A stretch of DNA of 64,000 nt. Origin: a virus. The DNA is taken from IMG/VR virus record IMGVR_UViG_3300027917_002335, positions 35,502 to 99,501 of that record; one strand, given 5' to 3'. A program made the translations under genes and the position numbers. Position 1 is the stretch's first letter; every line of letters begins with the position of its first letter. This document shows positions 21,050-31,220 of this stretch, piece by piece. The notes below the pieces were generated by a model. That model had not been told where the DNA came from. It did not search any database and saw only the letters and a list, made by a program, of their open reading frames with translations.

Positions 21050-21121
21050 GGGCTCGTAGTAAAGCGGAATTACATCTCCTTTGCACGGAGAAGAGCGAGG
21101 GTTCAAATCCTTCCGAGTCCA
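21050..21121 (+). tRNA. tRNA-Ala (UGC), no encoded CCA
   Basis: Acceptor GGGCTCG/CGAGTCC with the G3:U70 Ala determinant, D-stem GTAA/TTAC, anticodon stem TCTCC/GGAGA with loop TTTGCAC, T-arm GAGGG-TTCAAAT-CCTTC. Confidence 0.93.
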
Positions 21122-21128
21122 TAAAAAA

Positions 21129-21199
21129 GGGAGAGTAGTTTAAAGGTAGAACAGACAGCGTGAGAGCTGTTAACGAGGGCTCAATTCCCTCCTCTCCCA
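21129..21199 (+). tRNA. aberrant tRNA-like gene (pseudo-tRNA or mimic)
   Basis: Acceptor GGGAGAG/CTCTCCC, D-arm GTTT/GAAC and T-stem GAGGG/CCCTC are intact, but the anticodon loop is 6 nt (GTGAGA) and the T-loop is CTCAATT. Confidence 0.65.
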
Positions 21200-21214
21200 A
21201 TTAAGGTGATAATT

Positions 21215-21364
21215 ATGATTTGGTATTGTGATAATTGTGGAACTGAAATCAAAGAAGGAGAAGACTTTTACACAGTTGAAAGCCGTAAAATGGGAAAGGA
21301 CGGCGAAATCGAAGAGTTTGAAAGTGTTCTCTTTATTTGTAAAAATTGTTTAAATATAGCGTGA
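21215..21364 (+). CDS. Zn-finger microprotein
   Basis: Hand translation MIWYCDNCG...ICKNCL; GGTGA RBS. Confidence 0.6.
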   Translation: MIWYCDNCGTEIKEGEDFYTVESRKMGKDGEIEEFESVLFICKNCLNIA

Positions 21365-21368
21365 TATA

Positions 21369-21776
21369 ATGACAGAAGAAAAGAAAGAATCAATAATGGA
21401 CAAAGAAGTTGAAGACTTTTTTGAAAAATATAAAGAACAAACCAATAAGATGCAAGGTTTGTTTTTCCATTTTGGTAGATTTTATCAAGTCTACACTCAA
21501 GTACCATCACAAGCTATGGCAATCCTCTACGAAGAGATTTTTAAAGTTCACGAAGCACTACTCGGAACTTTTTTGGAAGAAGAAAAAGAAAAATTCCAAA
21601 AGATTAAAGACACAATGAAAGAATCTCTTACTACATTAATTGGATTGATTGATAAATTAGATCCAGAAGAAATGAAAGAGGAATGTAAAGCTAGGTTAGA
21701 TGTTATTAAGAAAGCTATACCTCTGATGGAAGAATTTTTCAAAAAAGAACAACGAAGAGATAATCTTTATATTTAG
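21369..21776 (+). CDS. helical hypothetical protein ending in LYI
   Basis: 135-aa coiled/helical ORF. Confidence 0.65.
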   Translation: MTEEKKESIMDKEVEDFFEKYKEQTNKMQGLFFHFGRFYQVYTQVPSQAMAILYEEIFKVHEALLGTFLEEEKEKFQKIKDTMKESLTTLIGLIDKLDPEEMKEECKARLDVIKKAIPLMEEFFKKEQRRDNLYI

Positions 21777-22389
21777 GTGATTTTTTTGACATTTAAAGGA
21801 AAAATTACTCATGTTCCGCCAGTACTCTTGGACTTAAAAACATATTTTCAGAGAGAAATTCGAACTGCAAAAGCATGTAATTGGCGGGAAGATGGAAAGT
21901 GGTATATTTGGATTAATTTAGATAAAATTCACGGTAACAGCAGTTTAAGGAAGATTGTAGAAGATATTAATGATCTCTACATACAAGAATTACTCTGCGT
22001 TATAATACGAGGAAATACTGTAGGAGAAATTCCTCCCTGTGAAAGTGATGAATTTACTGCTAAAGTATATTGTTCTTGTTATCAACCAAGAATGTTTTTA
22101 AAAATAAGTGAAAAATTATGACTCATTTAAAAAAAGTTAGTAGAGAAGATCCAATGTTCTCAGGCAGAGCAATCTATTTTCAACCAATTTTGAAAGATGG
22201 TTCACCTGGTATTCCAGAAAAAATAGCAGATGTACCAGATAATGACATTATTTGTGACGGTTGTAATAATCTAATAGAAGATGACGAAGTTTACCTTCTT
22301 ATTCTCCAAGAAGGAGATGAAGAGCCTAGAATTTGGGGAACTCAATGTAAAGAATGTGTTGAAGAATACTATTCTGAGCTTGAAGTAAA

Positions 22390-22662
22390 ATGATATTACA
22401 AAATTTTGGAAAGGTAACGCTCGAAGAGGCGGGTAATGGTAGATACATTGTTGCGGAAATTGACACAGAAGTTAAATACATTAAAGATAGGCTTAAAATG
22501 ATAGGTATTTATGAAGGAGCCTATATTGAGAAAGAATGGACACAAGAAGGAACTGGTGTGTTTATTATAATTAACAGAGAAACTAAACTAATAGGAATGG
22601 GCGTAGCAAAACAAATTATGGTAAAAGATTATAATAATCCTTTTGCTAGGGATATAGAATGA
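22390..22662 (+). CDS. FeoA-like SH3 domain protein
   Basis: RLKMIGIYEG..I and IGMGVAKQIMV match the FeoA pattern RL..(M/L)G...G ... A..I.V. Confidence 0.6.
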   Translation: MILQNFGKVTLEEAGNGRYIVAEIDTEVKYIKDRLKMIGIYEGAYIEKEWTQEGTGVFIIINRETKLIGMGVAKQIMVKDYNNPFARDIE

Positions 22663-22772
22663 CACACACATATTTTGGAAGAGACCATCTGGGGCATAAT
22701 GGAGTCGAAGGATGGTATGGCTTACCTAGTGTCTTTGGAGATATACTCCATTCGTCCAAAAAGAAAAGGTGA

Positions 22773-23220
22773 CAGAAATTTTCTTTCGGTTTTTTAAGGT
22801 TTCAGAGCTGATGGTAGTACCGAAGTTTTTTGCCGAACAAAAAACGATAAAACAGAGACAGGAGTAAACTTTCGTCAGTTTTAAATACTCTAACAAGAAA
22901 GCTGTCTCAAATTGCGTATTGAAGCAACGCGTTATAAGAACAGAAGGTTAAGTTTATATCCTCAGCTTCCAAAAAAACTCAACTACTCATTGTCCCGTTC
23001 GTAAGTCGTAGAGAGAGAAATGTGAATGAGTGAGTAAATCGTTAGATGAAAGCGGAATTCCATTTGGCCGGACGCAATACGGTGGAGAGGTGAGTAGTTC
23101 AAACAATAAGTCGTACCCTGAGGGCGTAGGCTTAGTCTACATTGATGGGTTCTATAACAAATGAGATGACAGGTCCAATCTCAGCGAGTTATTGGATATG
23201 ATGGGTTAATATATAGAGGT
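22773..23220 (+). ncRNA. candidate large structured non-coding RNA (family unknown; strand assumed)
   Basis: About 450 nt without an ORF, with multiple helices: GAGACAG/CTGTCTC, AACTACTCA/TGAGTAGTT, GTTTTTTG/CAAAAAAC, ATTGCGT/ACGCAAT, TAAGTC/GGCTTA, TGAGAT/ATCTCA. Confidence 0.5.
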
Positions 23221-23228
23221 GTATAAGA

Positions 23229-23798
23229 ATGGATTTAGACAAAGAGTTTGAATTGTATCGGAAGTTGGAAGTAATGGCTTTTCGTTACTTTCGTATGGCA
23301 GAATTCTTAGAAATCTGCCTAAAAACGAACTTGAAATTAAAAGATGAACTCGGCACTATCCTTGATCCTAAAGGATACCGAAAACTGTCGTTCTTAGAAG
23401 GCAATAAATACTTTAAAGGATCGATACATATCCCTCACAATCCTTTTTACAATAATACCGAAGATCAACAACTTTGGAGAACGATCTATCCCGAAGACTT
23501 TACTTGGGTTACAAACACTAAGAAAGATATTGTTAAAGCATATCAAGAAGTGTGGCGCAGAATCAATGAAATTAAATTCTGGTTAGGAATTACTAAAGAC
23601 ACGCAATTTTGCGGGATTAGATTAGAGAGCAGATTAACCACATTATTGGAGAATCTACTCCGCACTAATATCCCTGAATTTAGATATGATTTTGAATTCA
23701 CAATTTTCTATGAAATTGACAGATACACAATTCAGAGATTCCTTAGAGTTATGAAAAATAGAAGCAGAAAAGGAAGGGTGATTCAACTAATAAAATGA
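23229..23798 (+). CDS. hypothetical protein
   Basis: 189-aa ORF with GAGGTG RBS, directly after the structured region. Confidence 0.7.
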   Translation: MDLDKEFELYRKLEVMAFRYFRMAEFLEICLKTNLKLKDELGTILDPKGYRKLSFLEGNKYFKGSIHIPHNPFYNNTEDQQLWRTIYPEDFTWVTNTKKDIVKAYQEVWRRINEIKFWLGITKDTQFCGIRLESRLTTLLENLLRTNIPEFRYDFEFTIFYEIDRYTIQRFLRVMKNRSRKGRVIQLIK

Positions 23799-24042
23799 TA
23801 ATTTGTAGCGAATGTGGTTTTACATTGGAGGAGGATAAAGCAGGAATGCATTATTGTCCTCAATGTGATATCGAACAATGGTTTTGGGAAGAACCTGACG
23901 ACGACGATTATTTCAAGTTCACATAAATGGGTGTAGGAAATAGATCTAAAAGATCGACTCAGATTTTCGGGTTTTGATATCAGATAAACAAATTTGTGAT
24001 AGTTAGAAAGATTCTACTCGCATTTTGGGATTTTTAAAGTCA

Positions 24043-24070
24043 TTTGAAAATCTGATATCAGATATTCAAA
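24043..24070. repeat. 28-bp near-perfect palindrome
   Basis: TTTGAAAATCT-GATATC-AGATATTCAAA; the arms differ at one position. Confidence 0.75.
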
Positions 24071-24083
24071 ATCTGAATTTCTG

Positions 24084-24150
24084 AGTTTATGTTTTTATTT
24101 ATCAATTTCGATTTACATTAATTCCCCATATATATTAGTGGGATAAATGT
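24084..24150 (-). repeat. 67-bp element, copy B of the inverted repeat pair; overlaps a ~72-bp imperfect palindrome (24097-24168)
   Basis: Reverse complement matches 10549-10615 at 55/67 without gaps. Confidence 0.8.
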
Positions 24151-26094
24151 AATTTAAAATCGATCAATGTTTTGATTAACTATGAATGAAAAAAATAAAA
24201 TTTGTCCATTCTTAATATTTCACAAGGAGCCTATTCCTTTTGAATATTGTGGATTGGAAAAGATAAAATATAAGGCAATCTGTAAAAATGGTAAATGGAG
24301 GAAATGTAGATTTGTCGTTTCTAATAGTAAAAAATAAGAAACATCTACTCAAAACTCTTAAAAAGATTGGTGATGATATTGTTATTGTTAAGCAAGAAGC
24401 AGTGTATGCCTTTCCTAAGGGTATGTATGAACAGGTAAAAGATAACTTTGCTAAAGCTATTAAAAGTTATCAATATTACAGAGTAGATGAATTTGTTAAA
24501 AAAATTAAGGTGAAAAAATGAACCTAAAACAATTAAGAGATTGGGAAGAAACACTCCTTAACAATATTGAGCAGGCTTATGAAGAATACGGTAAAAAATT
24601 TGTGGGGAGATTTTATATTAAGCGAGTTAGAAAAGGAATTAGGGGAACTACTTTTCGTTACTTAACCGCCATGAAAGACACAACAAAAGGAGTAGTTGAC
24701 GAACCACAGTTTAGAGGTAATTATATTTACATATATGGTGTAGATGGACAAAGATTACTCTGTATTAATTTTGAATGTGGTGGTATCCATAGTTGGTGGC
24801 TTATGGCGGAACAATTAAAAGAAAGTTGGGTTCAAATAACTAAGGAAGAAGGTATACAAAAATTAAAAGAATTACTCGCATATTTAAAAATAGAGGATGT
24901 GTTAAAAGTTGTTTAAAAATACATGGGAAATGTATGAAATGATCAGCAAAGTTAAGAAAACAGGATTTAAAATGCTTAGATTCTTAATGGGCTGGTCGGA
25001 AAGAAAGACAAAAAGACATTTGAAAAAATTACTCAAATATGGATTGGTACAAAAAGCAGAGGGATGTGAAATGTGTGGAAATGAAGAACCATTTTATTTC
25101 CCTACTCCGTGGTATGAACTTATAAACTGGAACGAATTTTTTAAAGAAGACGATGGAGATGATGATGTTCCAGACTGGGTAATGTGTGGAGGTAGTGATT
25201 AATGAAGAAGAAGAAAAATAGGTGTAAGAAATGGAAATGTAAACAATGTATCTTCTCTTATATCATTTTTAGGAAGAAAAGAAAGAAGAACAAAAGAGTG
25301 GTGAAATGTAGTCTTGACTGATGTAGAAGAAGAGATTAAAGAATTGGCTAAAATCATAGATGAAACAATTCGAACTACTCCTAATCATCTAAGAGGTTTA
25401 TTAATTCCAGATAAACATATTGATAGATTCTTACATCTTTGTAATTATATGATGGGCAAAGCAAGAGATAGTGAAAAATATTTCAAGATGATGATGGAAG
25501 GAGAGGCTGTAAGAGAACAAATGAAGTTGGAACTTGTTACAAAACTTTGTAAACATTTTGCAACCGATGACAAAGAAGAAAAAGGATTGGAATAAAATCC
25601 TAGAACAAACTTATGAATTACTTGAAGATGGAGATTGGTATATTGTTTCTTTAAAAGAAATAGATGAATTATACGAAGAACTTGCTGCGATGTCTGGTCA
25701 TTTTAATCCAGAGACAAAAGAATTCAAAGATGGTAAAGAATGGACAGAATTAGACCACAAAATCCATGATATTTGCTACAATTGGTACATCAGAATTATA
25801 GAGAAGAAACTGAAGATAACAAAATATTATGAGAAATACTATGGAAAATATTTAGGTGATAAGAAATAGACTATTGTGAGTTTTTGAGAAAATTGTTCGA
25901 TATAGATTTTCCGTGTTGTGCTAGTTGTCACGATGAGTATGAATGGGGTTTGGAAAATGATGTTTATATTCCACTCTGCGAACATGGTGGAGATTGGGAA
26001 GGAGATGAATATCCTCATTTAGCTCTTTGTTGTGCTTTTAATGACTTCATGGATAATCTAACTGAAGAACAAAAACAAAAGATAAGAGATAATT

Positions 26095-26502
26095 ATGACA
26101 AAGTTTTTCACTCTGGTTAAGGAAGAAGTATGTTTAGCATGGATGGATTTTCATAGTATAGGGCATTTTATAATGGGTCAATTGTGCTTTGCTGGAACTT
26201 ATTTAGTTCTACTCGGCGGATTACCATTCGAATTAAATTTGCCCTACTCTCTTATATCTTCAATTATATTTGGTGTATTATTTGAAGTAATTGAAAATGG
26301 ACCCTGTGTTAAACTGAAATTTGCTGGTCGAAAAGATTCTGTTGAAAATTCGGTTGCTGATATTGTTTTAGTGATATTAGGAGCAATCTTTGAATTTGTA
26401 TTAATTGGTTTTGCTTCATTAACAATTAATATCGTTTTAAACACGACAGTCTTTGTAGTTTTAATGATTTTGTATCTCAAATTGAGAATGTTAACATGTT
26501 AG
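26095..26502 (+). CDS. membrane protein with D..S..H, E..EN and DS..NS..D motifs
   Basis: Four hydrophobic segments with conserved-looking intramembrane polar residues. Confidence 0.55.
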   Translation: MTKFFTLVKEEVCLAWMDFHSIGHFIMGQLCFAGTYLVLLGGLPFELNLPYSLISSIIFGVLFEVIENGPCVKLKFAGRKDSVENSVADIVLVILGAIFEFVLIGFASLTINIVLNTTVFVVLMILYLKLRMLTC

Positions 26503-27580
26503 TTAAATTACATTGCGGAGCAGAATATGACTTTCATACCATAAAAAGTATAACTGATTTAGGAAATGGAACGCTTGAGATAGTAGGAAATTTTAAACCT
26601 AGAGGTAAGTACCAAACAATTGTTATTTTTATAATCTCAATTGAGAATTGGGAAGAGGTTTCAAAAGAAAAGATATCATTAAAGCCTTATTTTTGTAGTG
26701 AATGTAAAAAACTCCATAAAAATGGAGAAATATTTGAGGCTCATAAGAAGTATTATATGAAAAAAGATGAAGCGATTCCAAGTGATAAAATCCTTGAGGC
26801 AGATTTAACAAAACTAAAAGAATTTAGTAAAAGACAGTTAAAAAGTCTTATGGATAGAATGAAGTGGAATCCGAATAAAACAGATTTATATACAAAAGAA
26901 ATAAACAAGCTATTAATATATGAAGGAGTGGTGACTGATGAGGAGTTTCTCGAAAATTACCAAATTAAATGATAAAAAATTGTTGGAATTTATTGTCGAA
27001 AAATGCAATAATGATAACACATTTTACATGACTTTACTTGAAGAGTTGACTGATGATTGTCCCTTTAGGGAAAGTTGTGGAGAAGAATATATGGAAGATT
27101 ATGGAGGTAATTACGATGACGGCAGATATGATGCCTACGACTGAATGTGAATATATTGGTGAATGTAAACATTTTAATGAGGATAGTGTTTTATGTTTTT
27201 CCAAATTAAAATATGCTTGTTCTCATTATCATTATAGAATGTATTGGGATGAAGATGAGAAAGATTAAAAAACAAGTTAATAAATATTTTGAGGATTTAA
27301 AAATGAGTAAAGCAAAAGAAGAGAAGAATTTTTTGGCTGATTTTACGCCAAACGGGATGGAACCATCTAATGGAGTTAGACATCATCATTATAAACTTTC
27401 AGATGTTGTATGTAAACTTCTTACTAAGATGGAAGAAATTGAGAATACAATTGAAGTAGTGAAACATTTTTTGGGAGAAGAACTCTACTGCGCTATGAGT
27501 AAAAAAGTTAAGAGGATAAAACAACAAGAGAAGAAAATATTGGAAGAACAGCAGAAACTTGTTGAATTAAAGGGAGGATT

Positions 27581-28033
27581 ATGTTAAGACTATTTATTGA
27601 CGGGAGTGCAACACCAAATCCAGGACTAGGTGGAATTGGATTTGTGTTGTATGATGACGACAAACAAATTATGCACGGATATACATATCTTGGTGAAAAC
27701 ATAACAAATAATATGGCTGAATTCTTAGCTGTTCCTCACTCTCTTTTTCATATCATTAACGCATTTAAACCAAAGGAGTTAGAAATTAATACTGACAGTG
27801 AACTTGTTTATTCAGCATTTATGGGAACGAAACAAGTGAGAAATGTTAAACTTGTTGATATATTTGAAGCAGGTCTACAAACAACTTCTCTTATTTCAGA
27901 AATTCATTGGAATAAAATAAGTAGATTGCTTAATGGATATGCCGACAATTTAGCAAGAAGAGCTATTAATAAGAAAGATTCCGAGGTTTATATAAATGCG
28001 AGCAGAATTCCAAAAACTGGTAAAGAGGATTAA
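27581..28033 (+). CDS. rnhA: ribonuclease HI
   Basis: DGSATPNPG, TNNMAEF, TDSELV and N.YADNLA catalytic motifs. Confidence 0.92.
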   Translation: MLRLFIDGSATPNPGLGGIGFVLYDDDKQIMHGYTYLGENITNNMAEFLAVPHSLFHIINAFKPKELEINTDSELVYSAFMGTKQVRNVKLVDIFEAGLQTTSLISEIHWNKISRLLNGYADNLARRAINKKDSEVYINASRIPKTGKED

Positions 28034-28188
28034 GGAAGTATGGGAAATCTTGTTTATATTTGTTACTTTTGTTATTACTATGATTATTATGATTGTGTTT
28101 GTTGCTCATAGTAGTAATGATCTTGAACAAAATATAGCAATGATGATAGGAAGTGTATTTTATTTTACTATGATGGCGGTGGTATTAG

Positions 28189-29235
28189 TTGTATTGCCCA
28201 GAATGCGGAAAAGAAAGCGCAAGTGAATATGTTTGTACTAATTGTGGATTAGTATTTGAAGATAAACCTATAACAAATCAACCACCTATTTCACCTGAGA
28301 GCGAGGTAATCAGAGGTGGGAAGTTTAGATCCAAGTATCTTAAGGATCTACTCTCTCCCACCAAAATTAATTTAAAACATGTAAATGACGATATGAAGAG
28401 AATCCTAAAAAAGAATACTCCGTTTTGGGATTTGAAAAGAACATTAATCATTCACAATGAAATCAAACGATTATGTTGTTTATTAAATTTAAATAAAAAT
28501 GTAGAAATAAGTTGTGTTTATTATCTTAATAAGATTAAGTCTAAGAGTAAAGAACTTGGATTTTCTCTATTCAAAAAAGGAGGAAGTTCACTCGAAAAAA
28601 TTGCTCACGCTATTGTTTTCTTAGTAGCCAGAGTAGAAGATTTACCACTTACTCTATATGATTTTGAAAGAATTGGATTAGATAAAAAGGAAGTATACAA
28701 ACAATATTCAAGGTTAAAGAGAGATTTAAAGATAAGATTTAAACCAACCGACGCAAGTGTTTATATTAATAAAATTTTAAAACAATTAGATTTACAAATA
28801 AGAGATGAATCATTGTTGTCTTTATGCGCCACTTCATTTATAATGAAAGTTGGTGTCTTAGAAGAATTAACAACTCATCCTCTTGGATTTAGAAATCAAA
28901 TTGTTAAAACAGCAGCAGTTATATATATGCTTGGAGGAAGTGTTTATCGTATTACTCAAAAAGAAATTTGTAATATAGTGGGATGTAATACACATGCACT
29001 ACGAAATAGAATTGAAGAAATAAAAGATTTGCTTTATAAGGTTGGTAAAATTCGTTTTGAAGATAAACACTGGAGAAAATTTAATAAAGAATATAAGCCG
29101 TTTATTGATAATATGTCGAAAATACTTGAAAGACCAAAATACTTTATAAGTGGTTTAGTAGATTTAAAATATCAAATGGAAATAACCAAAGCATTCAAAG
29201 GAATTATAGAATTGGAGTTTAAAGATGCTAGTTAG
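28189..29235 (+). CDS. tfb: transcription factor B (TFB/TFIIB)-like protein
   Basis: N-terminal Zn ribbon CPECG...YVCTNCGLV, two cyclin-like repeats, C-terminal HTH ITQKEICNIVGC...LRNR. Confidence 0.85.
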   Translation: MYCPECGKESASEYVCTNCGLVFEDKPITNQPPISPESEVIRGGKFRSKYLKDLLSPTKINLKHVNDDMKRILKKNTPFWDLKRTLIIHNEIKRLCCLLNLNKNVEISCVYYLNKIKSKSKELGFSLFKKGGSSLEKIAHAIVFLVARVEDLPLTLYDFERIGLDKKEVYKQYSRLKRDLKIRFKPTDASVYINKILKQLDLQIRDESLLSLCATSFIMKVGVLEELTTHPLGFRNQIVKTAAVIYMLGGSVYRITQKEICNIVGCNTHALRNRIEEIKDLLYKVGKIRFEDKHWRKFNKEYKPFIDNMSKILERPKYFISGLVDLKYQMEITKAFKGIIELEFKDAS

Positions 29236-29483
29236 ATTTAAATGTTTTTGTGTCACAACCGACTGTTATAGTTGTCCATTTAGTAGATATGTCGATTGTA
29301 AAGTTATGGAAAAAACTGTATCATGGAAATGTGTAGAAATTGATTTTGAAGCCAGTTGGTCTTTTGGTGAGGAATTATGAAAAAAAGAAATATTGATGTT
29401 GGATGGGTGATTAGTGCACTTTTAAGCATAGCATTCATTATCGGCATTATATTATTATTTATATTTTTTATGGCGTTATTAGG

Positions 29484-30032
29484 ATGACGGAAGAGAGAAT
29501 TAAAAAATTAGAGGAATCTATCACAAAATTAACACAAATGCTGGAACACTGTGGCAAGAGGCTGATGAGGATGGAACACGAGATAAATGTGTTGCGTATG
29601 TCTTCTAAGGGAGGATTTACAGTAGCAACAGATCATTTGGAAAAATTGAAAATGGAAGTGAAACAACTTAGATATGAATTGGATGCTGTTATGTATGGAA
29701 CACCTCGTAATTTTATTGTAGAAGAAGTTAAAAATTCTTTAGAAGGAAAAATACGAGGATTAGATAACGAACTTGAAGCACACCATTATCAGTTGGATGA
29801 TATAAGAAAAGAGATAAGAGAATTAGTTGAACGGATGAATATCTTGGAGCAACCAGATTTATTTAGAAAGATAGAAGTCACTCGTGATTATCATTTAAAG
29901 CCAAGCGCTTGTCCTGTGTGTGGCGGAAGAGGAACCGTTTCTTCTGATTTTTACACCAAAATCCAAAGTACTGCTTCTCTTGAAGAAGTAAAATGTGAGA
30001 GTTGTAATGGAGCTGGTGTATTATGGGGATGA
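29484..30032 (+). CDS. coiled-coil protein with DnaJ-type Zn finger
   Basis: CPVCGGRG and CESCNGAG repeats. Confidence 0.7.
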   Translation: MTEERIKKLEESITKLTQMLEHCGKRLMRMEHEINVLRMSSKGGFTVATDHLEKLKMEVKQLRYELDAVMYGTPRNFIVEEVKNSLEGKIRGLDNELEAHHYQLDDIRKEIRELVERMNILEQPDLFRKIEVTRDYHLKPSACPVCGGRGTVSSDFYTKIQSTASLEEVKCESCNGAGVLWG

Positions 30033-30294
30033 AGGAAAGGTATAAAATAGGAGAACATTTTTACTGGTGCAAACGCTGTGATGTAGATTTAACCATAACA
30101 AAAGTTATAGGTTATCTTGTTATTTGTGTTTGTAAATGTTGCGGTAAAGTAGTAGGTTATTATGATACATTAATGAAATTTTTAGATGAAGAAGATGGTA
30201 AAGAAAACTAAAGATGGATGTTGGCAATTTACCTATTGTAATGAATGTATGTTATATCCAATGGGATTGGGTTGTCCACATCAAGAGGAAGAAA

Positions 30295-30495
30295 ATGATA
30301 AAGAAGACGATTCTGAAAGCAATAATTTATAGATTAATAAGTTTTTGTGTAGTTTATCTACTCGTTTTCTTATTTACAGGACAATTAGTTCAAGCAACTT
30401 ATATAACAGTCTTGCTGGAAATGATTAAAACTATACAATATTTCTTATATGAATTATTATGGAAAAGGTTAAGTAAAAATGAACCAAAAGTGTGA
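30295..30495 (+). CDS. DUF2061-like small membrane protein
   Basis: KTILKAIIYRLIS...K...YFLYELLW; probable start MIKK at 30295. Confidence 0.65.
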   Translation: MIKKTILKAIIYRLISFCVVYLLVFLFTGQLVQATYITVLLEMIKTIQYFLYELLWKRLSKNEPKV

Positions 30496-31061
30496 AAATT
30501 GTGAATACTGGAGAGAAATTGGAGATAAAGTAGGTCATTGTTGTATTTTACCAGCATATACCGATTATTATTATTGGTGTGAGGAATATGAAAGAAGAAC
30601 ATCCTTATAAAACAGGTTCGAATATTTATTCTATGAACCCCTACCTGCTCAAAAGTTTAGGAATAAACATAGACGAAAATTGTGTTGTGTGTGGCAAAGA
30701 TCAATCTTATAATATGTATTATGTTCACGATGGAATGATTCATTGTATTCCTTGTGCAATAAAACATAAACACATAACACAAGAGGAGGCAGATTTACAT
30801 GTTGATGAATAGTTTTACAAATTACCAAAAATGTGATATTTATCACAGTAGTTTTTATCCAATAGAAATAAGAGCAAGAGATATGGATACAACCAAAAAA
30901 GTAATAATGAGAAATAAATGCGACTGGTGTGGATATTCAACTGGTTTGTTAAGAAAAGCAAGCCATGAATCTTATGTTATATTTTGTGAGAAATGTAGCA
31001 AAATATTAAAAATATTGGAGAGACAAATAGAAGCAGGAAACATTATATGGAGAGAAATTTA

Positions 31062-31220
31062 ATGTATGAAAGAAAAATGTGCCCTATGTGTGGAGCAGTG
31101 GGAAAAGATTTAAGAGAAGTAGAAGATAGAAGACCAAGTAGAAGAATGTATAGAATTTCTACTGGAACTTTTATGTATCCTAAAAAGAATTATTGTAAAA
31201 AATGCGGGTATGAATGGTAA
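31062..31220 (+). CDS. Zn-ribbon microprotein
   Basis: Hand translation ...CPMCG...LREVEDR...KKNYCKKCGYEW. Confidence 0.6.
   Translation: MYERKMCPMCGAVGKDLREVEDRRPSRRMYRISTGTFMYPKKNYCKKCGYEW

Noticed and set aside
22773-23220. Assignment of the structured region to RNase P RNA, a group I/II intron or an OMEGA RNA
   Set aside because: Only fragmentary resemblance; the GAGGAAAGUCC, P7 and domain V consensus elements were not found, and the downstream ORF is not IscB/TnpB-like
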